The notes below the pieces were generated by a model that was given only the letters and a program-made list of their open reading frames with translations, was not told the DNA's origin and ran no database searches. From Longimicrobiales bacterium (lineage in GTDB: Bacteria > Gemmatimonadota > Gemmatimonadetes > Longimicrobiales > Gaopeijiaceae), in the NCBI GenBank assembly GCA_965198065.1, contig CBDAON010000004.1, positions 1,376,001 to 1,440,000 of the forward strand: DNA of 64,000 nt. Direction: 5' to 3'. The position numbers and the translations under genes were made by a program. This document shows positions 50,851-60,685 of this stretch, in pieces (position 1 is the stretch's first letter; each line of letters begins with the position of its first letter).

Positions 50851-52137
50851 CTAGCTCCGTACACGCACCAAGTGATGGGTCTTCTTCCCGCGCCGTAAGA
50901 CGAGGAACCGCCCGAAGAACCCGTCCCGGGTCGTGACGCGCCGACGGGAGTCCGTGACCCGCTCCCCGTTCAGATAGATGCCGCCCTGCTCGATGCCCCG
51001 GCGGGCCTCTCCCCGCGACGTCGTCACGCCCACCTCCTCGAGCAGGATGGCGAGCTCGAGCCCCTCCCCCGAGAGTCGATCGGCGGCGAGCTCGCTCGAG
51101 GGGATGTCCCCGAAGATCTCCTCGATGTCCTCCGGCTCGAGTCCCGAGAGATCCCCGCCGAAGAGGGCCTCAGACGCCCCTCTCGCCCGTGAGAGGCCGT
51201 CTTCCCCGTGGACCCTCAGCGTCACGTCGGCCGCCAGCCGGGCCTGCGCCTCTCTCGCCTCGGGGCGGGCCGAGACCTCGGACTCAAGCGCTTCGATCTC
51301 GTCCCTGGGGAGGAGGGTGAAGAACCGTAGGAAGCGTCCGACGTCGGCGTCGTCTGCGTTCAGCCAGAACTGGTAGAAGCGGTAGGGCGACGTCCGGTCC
51401 GGATCGAGCCAGACGGCCCCCTTCTCGGTCTTTCCGAACTTCGTGCCGGAGGCCGCGATCACGAGCGGGAAGACGACCCCGTAAGCTCGTTCGCCGGCGA
51501 CGCGGCGAATCAGCTCGATCCCCCCCGTGATGTTCCCCCACTGGTCGCTTCCGCCCACCTGGAAGCGACACCCCACATCCCGGTACAGACGCAGGAAGTC
51601 GTAGGACTGGAGCAGGAGGTACGAGAACTCGGCGTAGTTGATCCCGGCCTCGTCTTCCTCGATCCGCCATCGGACCGACTCCTTCTTCAGCATCGCGTTG
51701 ACCGAGAAGTGCCTCCCGACATCTCGGAGGAAGTCGAGCGCGCGAAGCTCGCCGAGCCAGTCGAGGTTGTTCAACATCACCGCGGGGTTCGACACCCCCT
51801 CGAAGCCGAGGAACGCGCTGAGCTGCTCCCGGAACCGCTCCGCGTTGGCCAGGATCTCGTCCCGATCCTGGAGCGCCCGTTCCGTTCGCTTGCCGCCGGG
51901 GTCCCCAATGAGGCCGGTGCCTGCCCCCAAGAGGACGATGGGTCGGTGCCCGGCCCTCTGGAGGTGAACGAGCCCCATGACCGGGATGAGGTTTCCGATC
52001 TGGAGCGACGGGGCCGTGGGGTCGAACCCCGCGTAGACGGAGTGCACCTGGGCGGCGAGCGCCTCCTCCGCCCCCTCCGTCGCGTCGTGGAGGAGGCCCC
52101 TCCAGCGGAACTCGTCGAGGGGAGAGCGGGCGGTCAT
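50851..52137 (-). CDS. tyrS: Tyrosine--tRNA ligase
   Basis: YAGFDPTA, EFSY.LLQSYDF, QVGGSDQWGNI, KFGKT, TSPYRFYQFW, C-terminal S4 domain. Confidence 0.96.
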   Translation of the reverse strand: MTARSPLDEFRWRGLLHDATEGAEEALAAQVHSVYAGFDPTAPSLQIGNLIPVMGLVHLQRAGHRPIVLLGAGTGLIGDPGGKRTERALQDRDEILANAERFREQLSAFLGFEGVSNPAVMLNNLDWLGELRALDFLRDVGRHFSVNAMLKKESVRWRIEEDEAGINYAEFSYLLLQSYDFLRLYRDVGCRFQVGGSDQWGNITGGIELIRRVAGERAYGVVFPLVIAASGTKFGKTEKGAVWLDPDRTSPYRFYQFWLNADDADVGRFLRFFTLLPRDEIEALESEVSARPEAREAQARLAADVTLRVHGEDGLSRARGASEALFGGDLSGLEPEDIEEIFGDIPSSELAADRLSGEGLELAILLEEVGVTTSRGEARRGIEQGGIYLNGERVTDSRRRVTTRDGFFGRFLVLRRGKKTHHLVRVRS

Positions 52138-52282
52138 GGCCTCTGAGGTCGATCGGAAGGTCGCGCGACGGCACACGTCCGACGGCCACCGAACTTACGC
52201 GGACGGAGACCGGAGGAAAATCCGGGGTCCGCTTCCGGCGCTCTCTCGCTCGACCCAAAGCAGCCCAGGTTGTCTCTGCCCC

Positions 52283-53815
52283 TCAGATCCCTAGGGACTC
52301 TCGGGACCGGAGCCGGCCCCGCTCGACCTTTCCGTTCGCGTTCCGGGGCAGCGAGCCGACGACCCGGAGCTCACGAGGCCGCTTGGCCGGAGCGAGCCGA
52401 TCCCTCGCGAACGCCAGGAGCGCCGCGAGGGAGGGGGGAGACGCCGGATCCTCAGGCACGACGGCTACCGCCAGGCGTTCCCCCCACTCCGGGTCGGGAA
52501 GGCCGAACGCAGCGACCTCCCGGACGCCCGGTAGTCCCAGGACGACCGACTCCACCTCCACCGGCTCAACCGTGACACCACCCGTCACGATGCGGTCGGA
52601 GAGGCGGCCCGTGACCCAGAGCGCCCCATCCTCGTCCAGTCGGCCCACGTCGCCGGTGTGGAGCCACCCGGCCGCGTCCACACCGACGCTTCGGTCCTCG
52701 TCCCGGGAGCCCGGCTCCTCCCGGCCCGCGGAGACACCACGTGAGGGTGGGCTCGGCCTCGCCACCGTAGGGCCGCGGACGAGGATCTCGCCTCCGGCGT
52801 CGATCCGGAGCTCGACACCGGGCAGCGGCCGCCCCACGGAGCCCGGGCACCGCCGAACTTCCGCGGGCGTGGCCGTGGCGACTTGGGACGTCGCCTCGGT
52901 CAGGCCGTACGTCAGAGCCACGGGGTAGCCGAGCGAGAGCGCCCGCTCGAGGAGGGGAGCGTGGGTCTCCGCTCCCCCGACCAGCAGGCACGCGAGGGTC
53001 GGTGGGGCTCTCCGGTCCTCGCGATGAGCCAGAAGGCGCTCCAGCATGACCGGGACCAGCGAGGCGTGCGTAACCTCCCCCGACTCGAGGAGATCCGCCA
53101 CTTCGGGCGCGTGAAAGCGCTCCCACGTGACGACGGTCGATCCCACGCGGGCGCTCCGATCGAAGAGCGCGTAGCCGCTGACGTGGGCGGGAGAGAGCAC
53201 GGCGAGCCACCGGTCCCGGGCCGTTAGCCCCAGTCGAGCGATCACGGCACGGGCGGACGCCTCCAGGTTTCCGACCGATAGCGTCACGGGGACTGGCCGC
53301 CCCGAGCTCCCCGAGGTCGAGATGACGACCGCTTCGGACTCGGGATCGTGGGACGCAGCGTCGTCGGCGCCCGGCTCCCCGACGGCAGCGCCAGTCGAGA
53401 AATCGGCCGGTACGCTCTCGGACGGCACCCCGCGGGATCCTCCGTCGGCCTCGAGGGCCCGCGCATCCTCCACGGAGCCCGCCACGACGAGCGCGTTCCC
53501 GGCAGCGGCCAGCGCGGCTTCGCATTCGTGATCCGTCCACGCCGCGTTCAGGGGAACGAGGACCGCTCCGATCCGGCGGCACGCATGGACGAGGAGCGCG
53601 GCCTCCGGGCACGGCGGCAGCCGCATGGCCACCCTCGATCGGGCGCTCACCCCCGCACGGCGAAGCCCGCGCGCCACCTGGTCCGCTCTTCGATCGAGCT
53701 CGGCCCAGGTCCAACGCACGCCCCGCTCGGTGTGGGGGTCGAGTGCCGCGACCGCGAGCCCCGCCGACCAGCGGGCCGCAGCCGCTCGGAGCGGATCGGC
53801 CGACTCTCTCCTCAC
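52283..53815 (-). CDS. menE: o-succinylbenzoate--CoA ligase
   Basis: STSGSSGRP, TYGLTEATSQ, HTGD.G, TGGVTVEP.EVE, LPRNANGK; located in the men cluster. Confidence 0.85.
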   Translation of the reverse strand: MRRESADPLRAAAARWSAGLAVAALDPHTERGVRWTWAELDRRADQVARGLRRAGVSARSRVAMRLPPCPEAALLVHACRRIGAVLVPLNAAWTDHECEAALAAAGNALVVAGSVEDARALEADGGSRGVPSESVPADFSTGAAVGEPGADDAASHDPESEAVVISTSGSSGRPVPVTLSVGNLEASARAVIARLGLTARDRWLAVLSPAHVSGYALFDRSARVGSTVVTWERFHAPEVADLLESGEVTHASLVPVMLERLLAHREDRRAPPTLACLLVGGAETHAPLLERALSLGYPVALTYGLTEATSQVATATPAEVRRCPGSVGRPLPGVELRIDAGGEILVRGPTVARPSPPSRGVSAGREEPGSRDEDRSVGVDAAGWLHTGDVGRLDEDGALWVTGRLSDRIVTGGVTVEPVEVESVVLGLPGVREVAAFGLPDPEWGERLAVAVVPEDPASPPSLAALLAFARDRLAPAKRPRELRVVGSLPRNANGKVERGRLRSRESLGI

Positions 53816-53879
53816 CTTGTCCTCGACTCTGTTCCTGCGAACTGCACGTCAGGGGTGCGCCGGTCCCGCCGTACGGTCC

Positions 53880-54833
53880 TCACCCGAGGAGAAACCCCAC
53901 GGACAGGAGCGCCGCGTACCCGGACACCCCGCGCGCCGTGGCGGCGAGCGCCTCGTTCAGCTCGGTCGGGTGCCGGTACGTGAGCACGGGCACCGCGCCC
54001 CGGACGGCGGGCCAGAGACCGGCGATCCCGATCAGCACCCACGCGGGCCACCCCGCTACGGCCACCCCAATGACGGGCACGATCGCCGCGCCCCCGAGAA
54101 GAAGGAGATACTCGATTCGGGTTCCCCGTCGGCCTAAGCGGACGGCCAGGGTACGCTTCCCCGCCTCCTCGTCCGTGACGATGTCCCGGAGGTTGTTCAC
54201 CACCAGGATGGCGGTTGTGACGGCACCCACCCCCGCTCCGGCCAAGAGGAGGTCCAGTGGAAGCGAGCGGGCTTGGACCCAGTACGTCCCCCCCACGGCT
54301 ACGAGTCCGAAAAAGAGGAAGACGAAGAGATCTCCCAGGCCGTGGTAGCCCAAAGGGAAGGGACCGCCCGTATAGGCGATCGCGCACACCAGGGAGAGGA
54401 CGCCTACGACGAGGATGGGGAGCCCCCCCACCCAGACCAGGTAGGCGCCCACCAGGGTCGCGAGCCCCAGGACGAGCACGACGGCACGCATCACCGTTTC
54501 CGGGGGGAGCAGCCCGGCCTGAACGACCCGGGTGGGCCCGAGGCGGCCCGCGTGGTCCCCGCCCTTCACGAAGTCGAAGTAGTCGTTTGCGAGGTTCGTA
54601 GCCACCTGGATGAGGACTGCGCCGACGAGCGCCGCCGTGGCCGGCAGCACAGCCATGACCCCCCGAGTGCTCGCGATCGCGGTCGCGAGGACCACCGGCG
54701 CCACGGCCGCGGAGAGGGTGCGCGGCCGGATCGCCATGAGCCACACGGCAAGCGTGCCCGGGCTCGCGGGAAACGTCCCCGTCTCGTCGGAGTCACGCCC
54801 GTCCTCTCCCGCGGGGTGCCCGGCCGTGCTCAC
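53880..54833 (-). CDS. menA: DHNA polyprenyltransferase
   Basis: [51 protein letters not shown] overlaps the menB stop. Confidence 0.94.
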   Translation of the reverse strand: MSTAGHPAGEDGRDSDETGTFPASPGTLAVWLMAIRPRTLSAAVAPVVLATAIASTRGVMAVLPATAALVGAVLIQVATNLANDYFDFVKGGDHAGRLGPTRVVQAGLLPPETVMRAVVLVLGLATLVGAYLVWVGGLPILVVGVLSLVCAIAYTGGPFPLGYHGLGDLFVFLFFGLVAVGGTYWVQARSLPLDLLLAGAGVGAVTTAILVVNNLRDIVTDEEAGKRTLAVRLGRRGTRIEYLLLLGGAAIVPVIGVAVAGWPAWVLIGIAGLWPAVRGAVPVLTYRHPTELNEALAATARGVSGYAALLSVGFLLG

Positions 54834-55669
54834 CAGGGCAGCCAGGGGAACTTCCGGAAGTCGGGCTTCTCCTTCTTCGCGAAGGCGTCTCTCGCGACCC
54901 GAGCCTCCTCGGACATGTAAAACAGCATCGTGGCGTTTCCCGCGAGCTCCTGGATCCCGGCCTGCCCGTCCACGGCCGCGTTGAACGCGCTCTTCAGGAG
55001 CCGGATCGTGAGGGGGCTCATGTCTAGGATCTCCCGGGCCCAGCGCCACCCCTCCGCCTCGAGCTCGGCGATGGGGACGACGGCATTCACGAGCCCCATC
55101 GCGAGCGCGTCCTCGGCCGAATACTGCCGGCAGAGGTACCAGATCTCCCGGGCCTTCTTCTGGCCCACGACGCTCGCGAGGTAGGACGTCCCGAACCCCC
55201 CGTCGAAGCTACCCATCTGCGGACCCACCTGGCCGAAGATCGCGTTGTCCGCCGCGATCGTGAGGTCGCAGACGACGTGGAGCACGTGCCCTCCCCCGAT
55301 CGCGTAGCCCGCCACGAGCGCGATCACCGGCTTGGGCATGCTCCGGATGTAGCGCTGGAGCTCGAGGACGTTCAGTCGGGGGATCCCGTCCTTCCCCACG
55401 TATCCGGCGTCGCCCCGGTACCGCTGATCCCCTCCCGCCGAGAACGCGTACTTTCCGTCCTTCGCGGGCCCGTTTCCGGTGAAGAGAACGACCCCGATGG
55501 ACGTATCCTCCCCCGCGTCTCGGAACGCGTCCTGGAGTTCGCGCACCGTTTCGGGCCGGAACGCGTTCCTCACCTCGGGGCGGTTGAACGCGATGCGTGC
55601 GACCCCATCACGCTTGTGGAACGTGATGTCCTCGTACTCACCCGCTACCTGCCATTCGCTCGGCTTCAT
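54830..55669 (-). CDS. menB: DHNA-CoA (naphthoate) synthase
   Basis: [46 protein letters not shown]. Confidence 0.97.
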   Translation of the reverse strand: MKPSEWQVAGEYEDITFHKRDGVARIAFNRPEVRNAFRPETVRELQDAFRDAGEDTSIGVVLFTGNGPAKDGKYAFSAGGDQRYRGDAGYVGKDGIPRLNVLELQRYIRSMPKPVIALVAGYAIGGGHVLHVVCDLTIAADNAIFGQVGPQMGSFDGGFGTSYLASVVGQKKAREIWYLCRQYSAEDALAMGLVNAVVPIAELEAEGWRWAREILDMSPLTIRLLKSAFNAAVDGQAGIQELAGNATMLFYMSEEARVARDAFAKKEKPDFRKFPWLPW

Positions 55670-57519
55670 CCTCTCTCACCGGTCAGAGCGTCGCCCGCCG
55701 CGGCCGCGATCTCGGCCACGACCTCCGTCCGGCGACGCCGATTCTCCTCTCGATCCGTCTGGATCTCGAGTACCACGCTCGTCTCCTCGGCGAGCGCACG
55801 CTCGAGGCTCGCGCCGAATCCTTCAGCGCTCCGTCCCTCCTTCGGTCCCGGATCGGCCGCGCGCCCGCGCGCGCGAAGGAACCGAAGCCCGTGGAGCGCG
55901 GCGAGGTGCGAAAGATCCAGCCCGTGCGGCGCCACGAAATACGGCGTGAACGCCGGCTCATGCTGGGCGATCGGAAGGAAGTGGAAGATGCCACCGCCAT
56001 CGTTGTTCACGACGACCAGCACGACCCGTACACCCGGCTCGCGGAGCGCAGTAAGCCCGTTCGCGTCGTGGAGCAGCGCGACGTCACCGACGACGGCCAC
56101 CACGCGGCGCCCCGTCCCGAGCGACGCACCCGCCGCCGCCGACACGATCCCGTCGATCCCACTCGCGCCGCGGTTCCCGATCACGAGGAGCGGCTCGTTC
56201 CGGCACGGGAGAAACGTGTCGATCTCGCGCACCGCGAGCGAGCCCGAGACGAAGAGGAGGTCCGCGGCTCCCACCCGCCGTCCCACCTCGGCCACGAGCG
56301 CACCGTCGAAGGAGTCGTCCGTCCGCCGGGCCTCCACCTCCGTCCTCACCCGCGCCTCGATCCTCTCCCAGGCCCCGAGCCAACCCGGCTCCTGCCTGGG
56401 GGGGCCTCCGAGCTCGAGGACGCGCCGGAGGCACGCCCCCGGATCGGAGCGGATCATGTGCGTGGCCACGCCGGCGTGATCCGGCCAGTCGCCGGCGGAG
56501 CCCACGACGATCTGGGAAACCCCCTCGAGCCCCGAGAGCCATTCCCCGAGCGTTGCCGACGTGGGCGCGACGCCCACCCGTATGACGAGGTCGGGTGCGA
56601 GCTCTCGCGCTGCCCGCCGGTCCCGCAGGGCGAGGTCGTAGCCTCCCACGACGATCGGGGCCGAGGGCGCATTCGAGGGCCCCGCGCCACCGCAGGGAAA
56701 GCGGGCCCCCGAGAGAGCGTCGGCGAGGAGCGGTAGCCCGAGGGCCGCGGCCGCATTTCGGAGGCCCGGCCCCGTCTCCCACGCCCTCGGGAGGATGCCC
56801 GCCACGAGCACCGCGCGCCGGGCGACTCGAAGCCGCTCCGCCATCTCGCGCGCGGCGTCCTCGGAGGGAGCGATGCTGGACCGATGGACCTGCGTCCAGG
56901 GGGCCCCGTCCGGGCGGCCGGCGGCCCCTGGCACACGGCCGTCCGCGACATCCTCCGGGAGGTCGCCCGGAACGGGCGACGGTTCGAGGGGCAGATCAAA
57001 GCCGACGTTCACGTGGACGGGCCCCGCGGGTTCTCCGAGCGCCGCCGATACGGCTCGGCAGGCAGCCGAGCGGAGGTGGCGGAGCGCCTCGTCCGAGACC
57101 TCGGCCGGCGAGACCTCCAGGAAGAGCCGCGCGTAGCCCCCGAAGATCCGGACCTGGTCGATCGTCTGGTTCGCGTCAGTCCCCCTGAGCCGCGCTGGTC
57201 GGTCCGCGGTAAGGAGCAGGAGGGGGACCTCGGAGCGCGTAGCCTCGACTGCAGCGGGGAGGAGGTTCGCGACGGCGGTTCCAGAGGTCGTCACCACGGC
57301 CGCGGGGACCCCGGTCGCCTTCCCGATCCCGAGCGCGAGGAACCCCGCGGAGCGCTCGTCCAGGAGCACGTGGGTCGCTAGGCCCGGGTGCGAGGCGGCA
57401 GCGAGGACGAGAGGAGCCGATCGGGACCCGGGCGCGATGACGACGTGCCTCACCCCCACCCGGGCCAGCTCGTCCACGAGGACGCGCCCCCAGAGCTCGT
57501 TTCGATTGCGGGCCGGCAT
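55666..57519 (-). CDS. menD: SEPHCHC synthase
   Basis: [31 protein letters not shown]-like [33 protein letters not shown]. Confidence 0.95.
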   Translation of the reverse strand: MPARNRNELWGRVLVDELARVGVRHVVIAPGSRSAPLVLAAASHPGLATHVLLDERSAGFLALGIGKATGVPAAVVTTSGTAVANLLPAAVEATRSEVPLLLLTADRPARLRGTDANQTIDQVRIFGGYARLFLEVSPAEVSDEALRHLRSAACRAVSAALGEPAGPVHVNVGFDLPLEPSPVPGDLPEDVADGRVPGAAGRPDGAPWTQVHRSSIAPSEDAAREMAERLRVARRAVLVAGILPRAWETGPGLRNAAAALGLPLLADALSGARFPCGGAGPSNAPSAPIVVGGYDLALRDRRAARELAPDLVIRVGVAPTSATLGEWLSGLEGVSQIVVGSAGDWPDHAGVATHMIRSDPGACLRRVLELGGPPRQEPGWLGAWERIEARVRTEVEARRTDDSFDGALVAEVGRRVGAADLLFVSGSLAVREIDTFLPCRNEPLLVIGNRGASGIDGIVSAAAGASLGTGRRVVAVVGDVALLHDANGLTALREPGVRVVLVVVNNDGGGIFHFLPIAQHEPAFTPYFVAPHGLDLSHLAALHGLRFLRARGRAADPGPKEGRSAEGFGASLERALAEETSVVLEIQTDREENRRRRTEVVAEIAAAAGDALTGERG

Positions 57520-57550
57520 GGTGGAGCAAGGTAGTGGACTGCGACCGGCG

Positions 57551-58882
57551 TCACGACAGCGGAGCGCCCGCCCCCGTACGAAGGGCCCGAAGAGCGGGCT
57601 CGAGCTTCAACTCGATCTCGTCCCACTCTGCGTCGGGGTCCGACCCGGAGACGATCCCGGCCCCTGCGAACAGCCGCCACTCCCGGCCGGCCCCGACTGC
57701 GGACCGGAGCGCAGGGACGAAGTCCCCCTCCCCCTCCCCGTCGAACCATCCGACGGGGCCCGAATACCATCCGCGATCAAACGGCTCCTCGCCTCGGAGA
57801 ATCCGAAGGGCCTCCTCCCTCGGCCGCCCGCAGACGGCCGGCGTCGGGTGCACGGCCTCGACGAGAGACAGGATGTCCTCGCCCGGACCCGCGCCTCCCC
57901 GGATCACCGTCTCGAGGTGTTGGATCCCGGCCAGGCGGAGGACCCGTGGCTCGGGGTCCACCTCCATCCCGATCAGGCGGGGCTCGAGGACCTCCACCAT
58001 CTCGTCCACGGTCAGGTGATGCTCGGTCCGGTTCTTCTCACTCCCGAGGAGGCGCCGGGCGAGCTCTTCGTCCCGGCCCGGATCTGCGGCGCGGGGCATG
58101 GAACCCGCGACCGCGGTGGCCTCGAACTGCCCGCCCCGGAGTTGGGCAAGAATCTCGGGGGCGGCACCCACGAAGACTCGTCCAGGATGGGGCTCGAACA
58201 GGAAGACGTGTGCCCGCGCGTTGTCGGCGCGAAGCGAGCGGAGGACGGCGAGCGGGTCCACCGGATTGTCGAACCGCGCGTCCTGGATCCGCGCCAGAAC
58301 GACCTTTTGAACACGCCCGTCTTCGATCGCGGACAGGGTCCTTCGGATCGCGTCTCGCCATCGGCTCCGGTCTCCCGTCCCGGTGTCTCCACCACCCGGT
58401 CGCCCGGTCTCACCCGTGCTCTCGTCGGCGACATCCGCGACGCTTGCCGGCGGACCGCCGGCGACGGGCTCAGCCGCATGGTGTCGGACCTCGCCGTATC
58501 GGCTCGTGAGCGTGACCCTAGGAAGGATGAAGCAGGCCGGAGCAAAACCGTTCCACTCCCGCTTCGGCGTACCGACGTCGATGAACGAGAAGCCCCCGAA
58601 GAAGCGCGGGCTCTTCCACAGGGAGGGCTCCGATCGCTCGAGTCGCCCGAGCGCGCTGCGGGCCTCACGCCGGACGACGTCGAACCGCGACGCCGCACCT
58701 CCCGGAGGGACCTCGATCCGGGTCAGCTCTCCTCCCCAAGCGACCCACCGCTCCCCGCGTCCCCAGAACCCACGGGGCTCCCCGCTGAACGCATCGAGGA
58801 ACGCCACCGGGTCGCCCTCCGGGAGCCCCCGAAGGCCGGCGAGGCCGGGCGATTCCTTCGAGGCAGGGGAGGAACGGGTCAT
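57551..58882 (-). CDS. menF: Isochorismate synthase
   Basis: KVVLAR, F.GAAPE.L, AVAGS, KN..EH, HPTPAVCG, DRGWYSGPVGW, FAGAGIV.GS....EW.E. Confidence 0.92.
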   Translation of the reverse strand: MTRSSPASKESPGLAGLRGLPEGDPVAFLDAFSGEPRGFWGRGERWVAWGGELTRIEVPPGGAASRFDVVRREARSALGRLERSEPSLWKSPRFFGGFSFIDVGTPKREWNGFAPACFILPRVTLTSRYGEVRHHAAEPVAGGPPASVADVADESTGETGRPGGGDTGTGDRSRWRDAIRRTLSAIEDGRVQKVVLARIQDARFDNPVDPLAVLRSLRADNARAHVFLFEPHPGRVFVGAAPEILAQLRGGQFEATAVAGSMPRAADPGRDEELARRLLGSEKNRTEHHLTVDEMVEVLEPRLIGMEVDPEPRVLRLAGIQHLETVIRGGAGPGEDILSLVEAVHPTPAVCGRPREEALRILRGEEPFDRGWYSGPVGWFDGEGEGDFVPALRSAVGAGREWRLFAGAGIVSGSDPDAEWDEIELKLEPALRALRTGAGAPLS

Positions 58883-58992
58883 AGCGGAGTCGGCGGAGAG
58901 TTGGGGGACCTTGGTATGACGGGCCCCGAATATAGCATTCCCCGTCGGGCGGCCACCTTCTTTCCAGGGAGCGCCCCCCCTATGCTCATCAC

Positions 58993-60645
58993 GTGCCCGA
59001 TCAGCCCCTCCTCCAGAACCTGGGCGCCATCCTCCTCGCGGGGACAGCTGTCGCCCTCCTGGCGCGGGCGCTCCGCGTCCCCACGATCGTCGCGTACATC
59101 GTGGCGGGCCTCGGGCTGGGGCCGGCGTTCGGCGTGGTGCAGGTCACGCCGACCACGGAGCTCATCTCGGAGGCCGGGATCATCCTCCTGCTTTTCCTCG
59201 TCGGCCTCGAGCTGTCCCTGGGGAAGATTCGGGAGGTCGGTCTGGTTGCCCTGGGCGCGGGCGCCCTGCAGATGCTCGGCACGGGGCTGGCGGTGGGCGC
59301 GACGGCGGCCGCGTTCGGACTCGACGGTCGGGACGCGGTCTTTCTAGGCATCGCGCTGACCTTCTCCTCCACCGTGGTCGTGGTGAAGGTCCTGGACCAG
59401 CTCCGGGAGCTGGACTCGAGACACGGCCGCGTGGCGGTGGGCGTGCTGCTGGTGCAGGACCTGGCCGTCGTGCTCGTCCTGACGTTCGTGGCCGGAATGG
59501 GGGGAGAAGAGTCCCCCGATCCGCTCGGCCTCGCGGCGAACATCGCCACGGCGTTTGCCGGGATGACGCTCCTCTTCGCGGCCGTCGCCGTGGCGGCCTG
59601 GAAGCTTCTGCCCTTCCTCCTCGGATCGATCGCGCGCTCCCAAGCTGCGCTCCTCGTCGGAAGCCTGGCGTGGTGCTTCCTGGTGGTGTCGGCCGCGGAG
59701 GGGCTCCATCTCTCCCCGGAGCTCGGGGCGTTCCTGGCGGGCGTGGCCCTCGCCCAGCTTCCATACAGCCGGGAGCTCCGGCGCAGGGTGCACCCGCTCA
59801 TGAACTTCTTCGTGGCCGTCTTCTTCGTGTCGCTCGGATCCCAGATGGAACTGGCCACCGCCGCTCGCGCCTGGCCCCTCGTCGTCGCCCTGGCCGCCGT
59901 CACGCTTCTCCTGAAGCCGCCCCTCGTCGCATGGGTCGTCCGCCGGCTTGGCGAGGCCCGCCCGGTCGCGCTCCGGACTGGACTGTACCTGGCTCAGACG
60001 TCCGAGTTCTCCTTCATCCTGGCGGGGCTCGCCCTCGCGAACGGACTCGTGGGAGAGACGGTGCTCTCGATCGTGGGAGCGGTCGGCGTTGCGACCATGG
60101 GCGCGTCCACCTTCCTGATCCCCCAGGGAGGGCGGCTCGCCGACCGTCTGGAGCGGTGGAAGGCAGATCCAGCGGTCCGTCCGGCCCCCGGTGACCGGGC
60201 GGGTTCGGCCGACCGCCCCCCCGAGGCGCGCGCCGGTCACGTGGTGATCGTCGGGATGAACTCCCTGGGACGAAGGATCGTCCAGCTCCTCTGCGAGCGG
60301 GGCGAGCCGGTCCTGGCCGTGGACACAGATCTGGAGAAGCTTCGGGGCCTCTCCTGCCCCGTGCTCCTCGGGGACGCCCAGTACCTGTCGGTTCTCGAGG
60401 AGGCGGGTCTTCGAGACGCGCAGCTCCTCGTCTCCGCGCTCCACATCGAGGAGGTGAACCGGCTTCTGGCCTATCTGGCCTCCCGGCTAGGAGTGCCCTG
60501 CGTCGTTCACGCGTCCGACCTGGCCGCCGAGCGGGAGCTCGAGACCCTGGACGTCGCTCATCTCCTGAACTCCCGTGAGGCCGGCGTCGCGCGCATGACG
60601 AGCGCGCTCTGTGAGGCCGGGATCTTGGGCGGAGGATCGAGGTGA
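58993..60645 (+). CDS. CPA2 cation:proton antiporter with TrkA-N domain
   Basis: LLFLVGLEL, FSSTVVVVK, LLVQD, LGAFLAG, QTSEFSF; C-terminal HVVIVG Rossmann fold. Confidence 0.92.
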   Translation: MPDQPLLQNLGAILLAGTAVALLARALRVPTIVAYIVAGLGLGPAFGVVQVTPTTELISEAGIILLLFLVGLELSLGKIREVGLVALGAGALQMLGTGLAVGATAAAFGLDGRDAVFLGIALTFSSTVVVVKVLDQLRELDSRHGRVAVGVLLVQDLAVVLVLTFVAGMGGEESPDPLGLAANIATAFAGMTLLFAAVAVAAWKLLPFLLGSIARSQAALLVGSLAWCFLVVSAAEGLHLSPELGAFLAGVALAQLPYSRELRRRVHPLMNFFVAVFFVSLGSQMELATAARAWPLVVALAAVTLLLKPPLVAWVVRRLGEARPVALRTGLYLAQTSEFSFILAGLALANGLVGETVLSIVGAVGVATMGASTFLIPQGGRLADRLERWKADPAVRPAPGDRAGSADRPPEARAGHVVIVGMNSLGRRIVQLLCERGEPVLAVDTDLEKLRGLSCPVLLGDAQYLSVLEEAGLRDAQLLVSALHIEEVNRLLAYLASRLGVPCVVHASDLAAERELETLDVAHLLNSREAGVARMTSALCEAGILGGGSR

Positions 60646-60685
60646 CGAGGTCCGGCACGTACGCGGAGCACCGGGGGGCGAGCGG

